A DNA stretch of 64,000 bases from Bryobacterales bacterium. GTDB lineage: Bacteria; Acidobacteriota; Terriglobia; Bryobacterales; UBA6623. This document shows, piece after piece, positions 48,458 through 58,234 of this stretch; the first letter of the stretch is position 1; each line of letters opens with the position of its first letter. The notes beneath the pieces were generated by a model, which was not told where the DNA came from, ran no database searches, and worked only from the letters and a program-made list of their open reading frames with translations. Where the stretch lies: NCBI GenBank assembly GCA_963422375.2, contig CAXXKD010000001.1, positions 224,001 to 288,000 on the forward strand, given 5' to 3'. A program made the translations under genes and the position numbers.

Positions 48458-51022
48458 ATGAAGAAAGCGACCAATTCCAAGGGCGGCGGCAAGCGTGCCG
48501 GCGTGAGTAGGCAAGGTCGGAGGGTCCGGTTCCGCCTGCCGCTTCTGTCGCTCGGGCTGCGCTTTCTGCGCAGCCCTCTCGGGCTGGTCCTGCTTGCCGT
48601 TCTGATGATCGGGACCGTTGTGAGCGGGGTGGTCTACAACCACTACTACTGGGAGTTCAGCAAGGTCATTGACCTGCGCCTCGAGGGAGGGGCCTTCGAC
48701 CGGACCGCGCGCTTCCTCGCAAGTCCCAGGCTGATCTCGGTGGGCGACGAGGCGTCGACCGATGCGCTGGCGCGGAACCTGCGCTCGGCCGGATACACGC
48801 CCGAACCGGACAGCCCGGTCGGCTGGTACAGGGTCATAGGCGACAGCATTCAGATCCATCCCGGCGATCTCTCCCACTTCGCGCCCGTCCCGGCACAGAT
48901 CGACGTCGTGGACGGCCATGTCGGCCAGATCACCGACCTCAGAAGCAAGAATCCGCTCGGCGCGTACCAGACCGAGCCGGAACTGATCACGAACCGGTCG
49001 GACATGGAGCGGTCGAAGCGTCGCCTGTTCAAGTTCGAGGAGTATCCCGAGCACCTCGTGCATGCGGTGCTCGCGATCGAGGACCACCGCTTCTACTCGC
49101 ACCACGGCATCGATTTCATCCGGACCGCCCGCGCGGCGTACGACGGCCTGATGCAGTGGAAGAAGCCTCGCGGCACCTCCACGCTCACGCAGCAGCTAGC
49201 TCGCAACTTCTTCCTAACGCGCGAAAGCACGGTCACGCGCAAGCTCTCGGAGGCGATGATCGCCATCCAGCTCGAGGGGCGTCTGTCCAAGGGGCAGATC
49301 TTCGAGAACTATGCGAACCAGATTTTCATGGGGCGCCTCGAGAGCTTCAACGTTCACGGGTTCGGCGAGGCGGCGCGCGGCTTCTTCGACAAGGACGTGC
49401 GCGACGTGACGCTGGCCGAGGCCGCCATGCTGGCCGGGCTGCCGCAAGGGCCGAGCTATCTAAATCCGTACCGCCATCCCGAACGCGCCAAGTTCCGGCG
49501 CAACCAGGTGCTCGCCGCGATGCTGCGCGAGGGATTCATCGACCGGGCGACGCATGACGCGGCTGCCGAGGAAGGCATCGAGCTGGCGCGGGGCCACACG
49601 GAGGCGCGCGACGCCCCTTACTACATCGACCTCGTCAACAAGAGCCTGCAGGAGCGCTTCGATGTCGAGGACCTAGTCAAGAAGAATTACTGGGTTTTCA
49701 CTACCCTCGACAAGCAGCTGCAGGAATACGCCGTCGGGGCCGTGCGCGAGGGCATGGAGCTCGTTGACGAGCGCATCGCGAGGCAGCGCCGGTACCGGGG
49801 CAAGGAGCCGCCGAGGGCGCAGGTCGCGCTGGTGGCCATGGATCCGTACACGGGGGAGGTCAAGGCCATCGTCGGCGGGCGGGACTACGGTGGGAGCCAG
49901 CTCAACCGGGCGCTGGCCAACCGCCAGCCGGGGTCCACCTTCAAGCCATTCGTGTACGCCGCCGCGATCGACACGGCCTTGGACGGCGAACGGAAGCAGA
50001 TCGTCGCTCGCGGGCACGGGGACCTGCTGCCGGAGTACGTGCGGACGGACTACCCGCCCCCGCCAGGCCTGCTCACGACCACCACCATCGTCAACGACGT
50101 TCCGACGAAGTTCTTCTTCGACGAGACCCAGCCGCCTTACAGCCCGTCGAATCACCTCGGCAAGTTCTACGGCCGCATCAGCCTGCGCTACGCGCTGATG
50201 CGCTCGGTGAACGTGGCGACCGTCAAGGTCGGGGAGATGGCCGGGTACCGGCGGGTCGCGGATCTGGCCCGGCGCGCCGGGATGGGGAAGGATATCCAGC
50301 CCCTGCCGTCGCTGCTGCTCGGCGCTAAGGAGGTTACGCCGCTCGAGGTCGCCGGTGCCTACTCCGCGTTCGTCAACAAGGGCGTGAGGGTGGAGCCGCA
50401 CTTCGTGCGTTACGTGCGCGACGACCTGGGCAATACCCTGTTCAAGGCCGAACCCGAGAAGCGCGAGGTGATGGACAGGCGCGTCGCCTACATCGTGACT
50501 CACATGCTGCAGGACGTCATCCGGCACGGCTCCGGCGTGCGCGCGCGCTTCACCTACGGCATCACCGACGCAGCCGGCAAGACCGGCACCGACGACGACG
50601 GCTGGTTCGCGGGCTTCACCAACAATCTGGTGTGCGTGGTCTGGGTGGGGTTCGACGACAATACCGACCTTGCCTTGGAAGGGGCGCACTCGGCGCTGCC
50701 GATCTGGGCGATGTTCATGAAGAAGGCCCATGAGCTGGCGGCCTTCGCCGATCCGGGTCCGTTCGAGAAGCCCGAGGGCGTGATTCCTCTTCCGGTCGAC
50801 CCGGTGCAGAGGCTCCTGGCCGAGAACTCCTGCAAGAACTGCAAGGAGGAGGTCTATATCGCGGGCACGCAGCCCAACTCGGCGAATCTCGCGGGCTACT
50901 GGAACGACCGTCGTCGCGAAGCCGAGGAGCGGGAGGAGGCCGAGGGGAAGCGCAGCCTGCTGAAACGGGTTTTCGGAGAGCGCGAGCAAGGCGACACGAC
51001 CGTGGCGGCAGTCGCGGAGTAG
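48458..51022 (+). CDS. Class A penicillin-binding protein (PBP1B-like)
   Basis: Transglycosylase 'EDHRFYSH' and 'STLTQQL'; transpeptidase STFK, SVN, KTG. Confidence 0.92.
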   Translation: MKKATNSKGGGKRAGVSRQGRRVRFRLPLLSLGLRFLRSPLGLVLLAVLMIGTVVSGVVYNHYYWEFSKVIDLRLEGGAFDRTARFLASPRLISVGDEASTDALARNLRSAGYTPEPDSPVGWYRVIGDSIQIHPGDLSHFAPVPAQIDVVDGHVGQITDLRSKNPLGAYQTEPELITNRSDMERSKRRLFKFEEYPEHLVHAVLAIEDHRFYSHHGIDFIRTARAAYDGLMQWKKPRGTSTLTQQLARNFFLTRESTVTRKLSEAMIAIQLEGRLSKGQIFENYANQIFMGRLESFNVHGFGEAARGFFDKDVRDVTLAEAAMLAGLPQGPSYLNPYRHPERAKFRRNQVLAAMLREGFIDRATHDAAAEEGIELARGHTEARDAPYYIDLVNKSLQERFDVEDLVKKNYWVFTTLDKQLQEYAVGAVREGMELVDERIARQRRYRGKEPPRAQVALVAMDPYTGEVKAIVGGRDYGGSQLNRALANRQPGSTFKPFVYAAAIDTALDGERKQIVARGHGDLLPEYVRTDYPPPPGLLTTTTIVNDVPTKFFFDETQPPYSPSNHLGKFYGRISLRYALMRSVNVATVKVGEMAGYRRVADLARRAGMGKDIQPLPSLLLGAKEVTPLEVAGAYSAFVNKGVRVEPHFVRYVRDDLGNTLFKAEPEKREVMDRRVAYIVTHMLQDVIRHGSGVRARFTYGITDAAGKTGTDDDGWFAGFTNNLVCVVWVGFDDNTDLALEGAHSALPIWAMFMKKAHELAAFADPGPFEKPEGVIPLPVDPVQRLLAENSCKNCKEEVYIAGTQPNSANLAGYWNDRRREAEEREEAEGKRSLLKRVFGEREQGDTTVAAVAE

Positions 51023-51042
51023 CCGCTCGGCGCGCGGCGGCG

Positions 51043-52533
51043 CTACCATTCGGGCGGGCGCTTGTAGCCGGGGGGCCGTTGCACGCTCGTCTCCTTCGTC
51101 CGCACTGGCGGGGCGTGAGCTGCGTCGCCCGCGAGGCCGTGCCGGGGGATCAGCAGCTCGGCCGCGCGGTCGATCCGGCCGATCGGCCGGGCCGTCTCAG
51201 GCAGGGCGATGCCGGAGTCGATGGGCCACATCGGGCCGTCTCCAAGCGTTCGACGTGCCTCGTCCAGCAGTTTCGAGAGCCGCGTCGCCACGTCGGGGCT
51301 GGCTTTGGACGCGTCGTGGCGCTCGCCGACGTCGGATTCGAGATTGTAGAGGGTGCCGTCGGCATGCAGCTTCCAAGGGCCGCTTCGCACGGCCCGCAGT
51401 TCGTAGCCCCGGTAGTAGAAGAACGCGTCGTAAGGGGACGCTTCGCTGGTGGATCCCCGGAGAATGGAGGAGACGTCGTGCCCGTCGATCCGCCCAACGG
51501 GCGCATCCGCGCCCGCGAGCGCCGCGAATGTCGGCAGGATGTCCATCGTCGTGACGGTGTCTCCGTATTCCGACCCGGCCGGCACGGTGCCAGGCCACCA
51601 AGCCACCGTCGGCACGCGCAGGCCGCCCTCGTAGGTCGAGCCCTTCCGGCCCCTCAGCGGCCCGGCGCTCCCGCGCGCCGGGCCGTTGTCGGAAGTGAAG
51701 AGTACCAAGGTGTTCTTGGCGATGCCGTGCCCCTCGAGCCTCTTGCGGATTTCGCCGACGCTCCAGTCGAGTTCCTCGATGCAGTCGCCGAGAATGCCGT
51801 TGTTCGATGTCTCCTTGAACTCCTGCCCCGCCCACAGCGGCACATGCACCATCGAGTGCGGCAGGTACAGGAAGAACGGGCGGTCGCGATTGCTGTCGAT
51901 GAACGCCAGTGCCTCCTCCGTGTAGGCGGCGGTCAGGAAGGACTGGTCTTCGGGAATCTCGCGGATCACCTCGCCGTTCCGCAGCAGGGGCAGGGGAGGG
52001 TGGTTGCGCGGGTTCAGCGGCATGAACGGGCTCATGTCGTTCGAGTACGGGAGGCCGTAGTAGTAGTCGAACCCGTGGTTGTTGGGCAGGAATTCCGGCT
52101 GGTCTCCGAGATGCCACTTCCCGACAATGCCGGTAGCGTAGCCTCGCTCCCTGAGGACCTCGGCGACCGTCACCTCGTCAGGGTGGATTCCCTGCGGGTC
52201 GCCCGGCATGAGCACCGGATGCCAGTACCCTGTCTGCAAGCCGTTGCGGATGGGGTAGGAGCCTGTGAGCAGTGCCGCGCGGGACGGGGTGCAGACCGGG
52301 TGGGCGTAGAAGCTGGTCAGCTTCATGCCCTCGTCGGCCATGGCGTCGATATGGGGCGTGCGGTTCTCCGTGGAGCCGAAGGCCCCGACATCCCCGTAGC
52401 CCATGTCGTCGATGAAGACGACGACGAAGTTAGGACGGTCGGCCGGGTCCCGGACGCCTGCCGAAGGCACGGTGCCGCACGCAGATGCGAGCGCGAGGGC
52501 TAAAGAGATCGTGAACCAGGCGAGTCGAGGCAT
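51043..52533 (-). CDS. Sulfatase (arylsulfatase A-like), probable lipoprotein
   Basis: 'DDMGYGD', 'CTPSRAALLTG', 'GKWHLG', 'GLPYSNDM'; start approximate. Confidence 0.9.
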   Translation of the reverse strand: MPRLAWFTISLALALASACGTVPSAGVRDPADRPNFVVVFIDDMGYGDVGAFGSTENRTPHIDAMADEGMKLTSFYAHPVCTPSRAALLTGSYPIRNGLQTGYWHPVLMPGDPQGIHPDEVTVAEVLRERGYATGIVGKWHLGDQPEFLPNNHGFDYYYGLPYSNDMSPFMPLNPRNHPPLPLLRNGEVIREIPEDQSFLTAAYTEEALAFIDSNRDRPFFLYLPHSMVHVPLWAGQEFKETSNNGILGDCIEELDWSVGEIRKRLEGHGIAKNTLVLFTSDNGPARGSAGPLRGRKGSTYEGGLRVPTVAWWPGTVPAGSEYGDTVTTMDILPTFAALAGADAPVGRIDGHDVSSILRGSTSEASPYDAFFYYRGYELRAVRSGPWKLHADGTLYNLESDVGERHDASKASPDVATRLSKLLDEARRTLGDGPMWPIDSGIALPETARPIGRIDRAAELLIPRHGLAGDAAHAPPVRTKETSVQRPPGYKRPPEW

Positions 52534-53365
52534 CGAGAAGATATCTTCCCAATTCATGCGCAGGTGGGCAAGCGAGCGAGGTCCGGCCCGGCACGCGGCC
52601 GCGCGTGTCGGAAAGCCGTCCCAGTGCCTCCGGGGCTGCCCCCGCATCGGACTTCGCCCCGAGGCGCGCTCGCGGAATCGCCCCCGGCCCGAACCGGCTC
52701 CGGGCTAGGGCATCTTGTTGGGGCTCGGTCGCCAGGGGACTTGTAGGAAACTCCCGTCGCGAGAGTTCCCGTGGGAGCCCGGTTGCCGGCTTGCTGGGCC
52801 CTGGAAAGTGAGTTGGGAATCGGCGGGAGCAAGCCGTCGCACCGCTCCGGGTCCCGAATTGATCCGGGACGGGTCGGGCTCGCGGCGACCTTGGCACCAG
52901 AGGGGAGACAGGCAGGCCTACCGCTGGCTTTCGCTGACGGAAACTCCTATAGAGAGGAGCAGCGGGTCCTAAGCCCCCTGATCACCGATCCCTATCCCGC
53001 TATCGCATCGGGCAATTCCGACCGGTGGCTTCGGCTGGATATGTTCCGGCCGAATGCGTCGGGTGGATCCGTAGGCGCCGAGCACCGCCACTCAACCGAG
53101 CATACGGGTCGCGCAGTCCAAGTCAAGGTCGAATTCCGGATGCAACCGGGACCCGAACAAAGCGTCGAGCGGGCGGCGGCAGCGCCGCTTGGGGTCGAAT
53201 CCGAGCAACTTGCACGGTATACCCGCGACCGAAATCACCGGTCGGTTGCGCGCCAACTGCAGCGGATTGACCGAGTGCCGGTTGCGTCCGCTACCTGTCT
53301 TAAATCCTCAGGTCGAAGCGAGGATTCCGGCGCACACCCGGGTAGGCTGCCCTCGCCGCGAGCGG

Positions 53366-54346
53366 CTATTCGGCAGACTCGATCGCCGTGATCAGAGCCG
53401 GCACCACTTCGAATAGATCCGCCACGATCCCGTAGTCCGCAATCTCAAAGATCGGCGCGCCCGAATCCTTGTTCACGGCGACGATTGTCTTGGCTCCCTT
53501 CATGCCGACAACGTGCTGGATCGCGCCCGAGATGCCTAGGGCAAGATACAGGCTAGGTGCGACGGTCTGGCCCGAGCTGCCGATCTGGCGGTCGAGCGGG
53601 AGCCAGCCGTTGTCGCAGATCGGCCTTGACGCGGCCAGCTCTCCTCCGAGCGCCTTCGCCAGCTTGGCGGCTTGCGGGATGTTGCCCGGATCCTGAATGC
53701 CGCGTCCGACCGATACGATGATGTCGGCCGACCCTAGATCCACGGCGTCCTTCGCGTCTTGGTAAGGCGCTTCGGCCCGCGTGCGCGCGTTCCCTTGGTC
53801 CAAGGAGAGTTCCAGCGCGCGTATCGGCGCGGCTGCATCCCCCTCGCTGACGCTGTCAGCTCTGTAAGCGCCGGACTGGACGGACGCGAAGTACGGCGGG
53901 GCGTCCTCGACGGCGACATCGCCGTGCAGCTTGCCTTGGAAGAGCTGCCGCACGAAAACCGGCCTGCCCTCTTCGAATCGCATGCCTACCGTGTCGCTCA
54001 CGAACACCTTGCCGAGAGAAGCGGCTAGCTTCGGGGCCAGGTCGCGCACCTGGTAGGTGTGCGGGAAAAGCACCAAGCTCGGATCGAGCTGGCGGACGGT
54101 TTGGCGCAAGCCCTCCGCGTAGGCGTCGGCGGAGTACCCGGCCAGCGCCGGATGGTCGAGGGTGACGACTTCGCTCGCGCGCTTCGATGCGGCTTCGGAC
54201 GCTAGGCCGGCGATGCCGGAGCCGACTACCGCTAGCCGCAGCGGGCAGTCCAGAGCCGCTGCAGCCTCCTGTCCGGCGGCTACCGCCTCGAACGACATGC
54301 GATGCCATTTGCCGCCCTGCTGTTCGGTTACGACCAGAACGCTCAT
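53366..54346 (-). CDS. etfA: Electron transfer flavoprotein alpha subunit
   Basis: 'QIGSSGQTVAP', 'GISGAIQH', 'APIFEIADYG'. Confidence 0.93.
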   Translation of the reverse strand: MSVLVVTEQQGGKWHRMSFEAVAAGQEAAAALDCPLRLAVVGSGIAGLASEAASKRASEVVTLDHPALAGYSADAYAEGLRQTVRQLDPSLVLFPHTYQVRDLAPKLAASLGKVFVSDTVGMRFEEGRPVFVRQLFQGKLHGDVAVEDAPPYFASVQSGAYRADSVSEGDAAAPIRALELSLDQGNARTRAEAPYQDAKDAVDLGSADIIVSVGRGIQDPGNIPQAAKLAKALGGELAASRPICDNGWLPLDRQIGSSGQTVAPSLYLALGISGAIQHVVGMKGAKTIVAVNKDSGAPIFEIADYGIVADLFEVVPALITAIESAE

Positions 54347-55113
54347 AGCACGCGTGCCTCGAAGCGGAGCTTGCCGAGCAGCTGCTCGGCGATTTCTTGG
54401 CCGCTGCCCTCTAGGAACTCGGTCTGCTTGGCCTGCTGCGGCTGGTAGAGACGGCGCACGCGCTGTTGGACGAGCACCTCGATGCCCAGCTCGTCCGGCG
54501 AGTACCGCTGGAACGGCTTCATGCGAGCGCGCTTGATGCCCATCAGGGTCGCGTAACGGACCTTGTTGATGCCGCTCTGGATCGTCAGCAGCGCGGGCTG
54601 GGGGAGCGTCACGGTCTGGAACCAGCCGGCCTCGAGTTCCCGCTTGCACCGGAGGCGGCCGCCCGCCGCGTTGATTTCCATGATGATCGTCGCGTGAGGA
54701 AGGCCGAGCAGTTCCGCGAGCACCACGCCGGTCTGGCCGAAGCCGGCGTCGTCCGACTGGAGTCCGGTCAGGATGAGATCGTGCGGCTCGCGCCTGATCG
54801 CCGCCGCCAGGGCCCTAGCCGTGGCGAAGGCGTCGGCTTGGACGTAGCGGTCGTCCTCGACGTGGATGCCGCGATCCGCGCCCTTGGCTAGGGCCTCGCG
54901 CACTGTGGAAGCCGCTCGCGCCGGGCCGGCCGTGACGGCGACCACCTGGCCGCCGTGCCTCTCCTTCAGTCGCAGCGCTTCCTCCAAGGCGAAGGTGTCC
55001 GGCTCGTTCATCTCGAACGCGAGGCCGTCGTCGCGAGCCCAGGTCTGGCTCTCGTTCAGGCGCAGCACCGAATCCCGCGCCATGACCTGCTTCACGCAAA
55101 CGAAGATGTTCAT
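54343..55113 (-). CDS. etfB: Electron transfer flavoprotein beta subunit
   Basis: 'FVCVKQV', 'ALEEALRL', 'ALAKGAD', 'GLQSDD'. Confidence 0.93.
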   Translation of the reverse strand: MNIFVCVKQVMARDSVLRLNESQTWARDDGLAFEMNEPDTFALEEALRLKERHGGQVVAVTAGPARAASTVREALAKGADRGIHVEDDRYVQADAFATARALAAAIRREPHDLILTGLQSDDAGFGQTGVVLAELLGLPHATIIMEINAAGGRLRCKRELEAGWFQTVTLPQPALLTIQSGINKVRYATLMGIKRARMKPFQRYSPDELGIEVLVQQRVRRLYQPQQAKQTEFLEGSGQEIAEQLLGKLRFEARVL

Positions 55114-55156
55114 GCTGCTCGGGCAGGCCCGGCCACGGCGCCGGGCAATGATTCTA

Positions 55157-56401
55157 TCAGCGGCCGCCGAACCGTCGGAAAACGAGCGCCCCGTTCGTCC
55201 CGCCGAAGCCGAAGGAGTTGCTGAGGGTGTATTCGATTTCCATGCTCCGGGCCGTCGCCGGGACGTAGTCCAGATTGCAGCCCGGTCCGGGCCGCTCGAG
55301 ATTGATCGTGGGGGGCGCGACTTGGTCGCGGACCGCCAGCGCGGCAATGCCCGCCTCCAGGCCGCCGGCCCCGCCGAGCAGATGGCCGGTCATCGACTTC
55401 GTCGAGCTCACGGCCAGGCTCCGGGCATGGTTGCCGAAGACGGCCTCGATGGCCTGCGACTCGATCACGTCCCCGACCGGCGTGGACGTGCCGTGCGTGT
55501 TGACGTAATGCACGTCGGGGGGCGCGATGCCGGCGTCGTCGATCGCGCTCCGCATCACGCGTGTAGCCCCGTCGCCGTCCTCCGCCGGCGAGGTGATGTG
55601 GTGCGCGTCGCCGCTCATGCCGTAGCCGGCGACCTCCGCGATGATCGGGGCGTCGCGGCGCTGCGCCCCTTCCAAGGTCTCGAGGACTAGGATTCCGGCG
55701 CCCTCGCCGACCACGAAGCCGTCCCGGTCGACGTCCCACGGGCGGCAGGCGCTCTCCGGGCTGCCGTTGCGCGTCGACAGCGCCTTCATGGCTCCGAAGC
55801 CCGCGATGCTCATCGGGGTGATGGCCGCCTCGGCCCCCCCGCACAGCATCGCGTCCGCATGCCCGTTCTGGATCAGGCGGAACGAGTCGCCCACGGCGTG
55901 CGCCCCGCTCGTGCAGGCTGTCGCCGTCGCCGAATTGGGGCCCCTGGCGTTCCAGCGGATCGACACGTGGCCCGAGGCCAGGTTGACGATCGTCGCGGGA
56001 ATGAAGAACGGGGAGATCCGCCGCGGCCCGGACTTGAGCAGCTTGGCGTGCTCCCGCTCGATGACGTCGAAGCCGCCGATGCCGCTGCCGACGTAGACTC
56101 CCGTCCGCGCGGAGAGATCCGGCGTGACCTGCAGGCCGGACATCTCCATGGCGAACTCGCTGGCGGCGAGCGCGAAGAAGATGAACCGGCCCATCTTCCG
56201 GAGATCCTTGGCGGACACGAACTCCCGCGGGTCGAAGTTCGTGACCTCTCCCGCGATCTGGCAGGGAAAGTCGCCAGCGTCGAAATGCGTGATACGTCTG
56301 ATTCCGTTGCGCCCCTCGCGAAGCGCCCGCCAGCAGGCCTCGGTCCCCACCCCCACGGGAGAGACGAGCCCGACGCCCGTGACGACAACTCTTCTCGGCA
56401 A
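55157..56401 (-). CDS. fabF: Beta-ketoacyl-ACP synthase II
   Basis: 'TACTSG', 'HGTST', 'GHLLG', 'NSFGFGGTN'. Confidence 0.95.
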   Translation of the reverse strand: MPRRVVVTGVGLVSPVGVGTEACWRALREGRNGIRRITHFDAGDFPCQIAGEVTNFDPREFVSAKDLRKMGRFIFFALAASEFAMEMSGLQVTPDLSARTGVYVGSGIGGFDVIEREHAKLLKSGPRRISPFFIPATIVNLASGHVSIRWNARGPNSATATACTSGAHAVGDSFRLIQNGHADAMLCGGAEAAITPMSIAGFGAMKALSTRNGSPESACRPWDVDRDGFVVGEGAGILVLETLEGAQRRDAPIIAEVAGYGMSGDAHHITSPAEDGDGATRVMRSAIDDAGIAPPDVHYVNTHGTSTPVGDVIESQAIEAVFGNHARSLAVSSTKSMTGHLLGGAGGLEAGIAALAVRDQVAPPTINLERPGPGCNLDYVPATARSMEIEYTLSNSFGFGGTNGALVFRRFGGR

Positions 56402-56412
56402 CTGGAATCCCG

Positions 56413-56652
56413 CTAGGAGCTCGACTGAGTCGAAGTGATGTAACGAATCGCGTCACCGACCGTGCGAATCTTCTCCGCGTCGTCGTCCGGAATCTCGATG
56501 CCGAAGGCTTCCTCCAGCGCCATGATGAGCTCGACGATGTCGAGCGAGTCGGCGTTCAAGGACTCCTGGAAGGACGCGTCGGGAGTCACTTGGGACTCCT
56601 CGACGCTTAGCTGTTCGCAGACGATCTCTGTGATCTTCTTCTCAATATCCAT
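56413..56652 (-). CDS. acpP: Acyl carrier protein
   Basis: '[15 protein letters not shown]'. Confidence 0.95.
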   Translation of the reverse strand: MDIEKKITEIVCEQLSVEESQVTPDASFQESLNADSLDIVELIMALEEAFGIEIPDDDAEKIRTVGDAIRYITSTQSSS

Positions 56653-56752
56653 CTTGGCTCCTGTTGGATCCCATTCCTGCAGCGGTAGCCCGCTGGCCGC
56701 TCGGAGGCTTGCGGCGAATCGGCCGGGTCACATCCCCCGTCGGAGGCGGGCG

Positions 56753-57091
56753 CTACAGGCTCAGCACGTAGGCGGCGATGTTGATCTTCTCTTCCTCGCT
56801 GAGCATCTGCTCGAACGCGGGCATGCCGTTGCCTCCCTTGTTCATGTTCTCGAGGACGTTCTCGTGCGTGGCGTCCTTGCCGCTCGGCAGCTTGCCGTCC
56901 TTGATTCCCGCTAGGCCTGGACCGATCTTCTTTTCCGCGCTGTCATCGAAGTGGCAGAGGAGGCAACGCGACTGGAACGCTTCCTTGCCCTGCTCGGCGT
57001 CGCCCTTGTCTTGGGCGTCTTGGGCGTTCGCCGCGACCCCGGCCGCGAGTACGAACGCTGCCGCCACCATCGTGACTCTTGTGCCAAACAT
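56753..57091 (-). CDS. Class I monoheme cytochrome c
   Basis: Signal peptide, CLLCH, 'GPGL', 'GNGMPAF'. Confidence 0.85.
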   Translation of the reverse strand: MFGTRVTMVAAAFVLAAGVAANAQDAQDKGDAEQGKEAFQSRCLLCHFDDSAEKKIGPGLAGIKDGKLPSGKDATHENVLENMNKGGNGMPAFEQMLSEEEKINIAAYVLSL

Positions 57092-57186
57092 GATTCCCGG
57101 ATTCCTCCATTCCCAGTCTAGCGCAGACCGTCGGCGCGTGCAGCGCCGTCTCCCCTGGCCTGCCCGACGGGCTACCATGTTGGGTC

Positions 57187-58215
57187 ATGGACCTTCGCTT
57201 GACCCTTGCGGCGCACCTTGCCCTCGCGCTGCTGGCACCCTCGCTTCCGGCTGCCGACGCGCTGCGGATCTACTGGATCGACGTGGAGGGCGGTGCCGCG
57301 ACGCTGGTCGTGACCCCCGATTCGGAGACGATCCTCATGGACGCGGGCTGGGCGGGCTTCGACGGACGCGACCCGGCTCGCATCGTCAAGGTGCTGGACG
57401 ACGAGGTCGGCAGGAAGGAGCTCGACTACTTCATCGCCTCGCACTTCCACCGCGACCACACGGGCGGAGTGGCCGAACTGGCGCGGATGATCCCGATCGG
57501 CAAGTTCGTCGACCATGGCGACAGCGTCGAGCTCGGCTGGAGCGAGCGCGCGGACGAGCTGTTCAGGAGCTACGCCGAGACGGCCGGCGAGAACCGCATG
57601 CAGGTCCGGCCCGGCGAGCGGCTGCCGCTGAAGTCGACCGACTTCCAGTTCGTCGCCGCCCGCAGCCGCTTTCTCGAACGCCCGCTCGCCCCCGGTGGGC
57701 CCAACCCCGCCTGCCGGGACGCGGCGCTGAAGGCCGTGGACAAGGGCGAGAACGGCAAGAGCGTCGGCTTCATCGTGCGGCTCGGCAAGTTCGAGTTCCT
57801 GGACTTGGGCGACCTGAGCTGGAACTTCGAGATCGAGACGGCCTGCCCGGCGAATCTGTTCGGCCAGGTGGACCTGTACCAGGTCACCCATCACGGCATG
57901 CACATGTCGGGCGCCCCGCCTCACATCCGAGGCATCCGGCCCTTGGTCGCGGTCATGAACAACGGCCCGCGCAAGGGCGGCAGCCCTGCCACCTTCGAGG
58001 CGCTGGCGGGAACCGCGTCGCTGTCGGACCTGTGGCAGGTTCACCGGGCGGTGGAGAGCGACGACAGCCACAACCCTCCGCGCGACTTCATCGCCAACCT
58101 CGGCGAGACCGAAGGCTGCGAGGCCCACTGGATCAAGGCCGAAGTGCAGCCGGACGGGCGCTTCAGCGTCACGAATTCCCGCAACGGGTTCACGAAGGAG
58201 TACGTGCCGCGCTAG
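57187..58215 (+). CDS. Secreted MBL-fold metallo-hydrolase (ComEC/Rec2-like)
   Basis: 'IDVEGG', 'HFHRDH', 'HHG'. Confidence 0.82.
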   Translation: MDLRLTLAAHLALALLAPSLPAADALRIYWIDVEGGAATLVVTPDSETILMDAGWAGFDGRDPARIVKVLDDEVGRKELDYFIASHFHRDHTGGVAELARMIPIGKFVDHGDSVELGWSERADELFRSYAETAGENRMQVRPGERLPLKSTDFQFVAARSRFLERPLAPGGPNPACRDAALKAVDKGENGKSVGFIVRLGKFEFLDLGDLSWNFEIETACPANLFGQVDLYQVTHHGMHMSGAPPHIRGIRPLVAVMNNGPRKGGSPATFEALAGTASLSDLWQVHRAVESDDSHNPPRDFIANLGETEGCEAHWIKAEVQPDGRFSVTNSRNGFTKEYVPR

Positions 58216-58234
58216 GGCCGGGCGTCCCGGCGCC

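Noticed and set aside
52771..53391. 206-aa plus-strand ORF
   Set aside because: No motif, no clear RBS, and it overlaps the etfA end; it cannot be supported as a gene.
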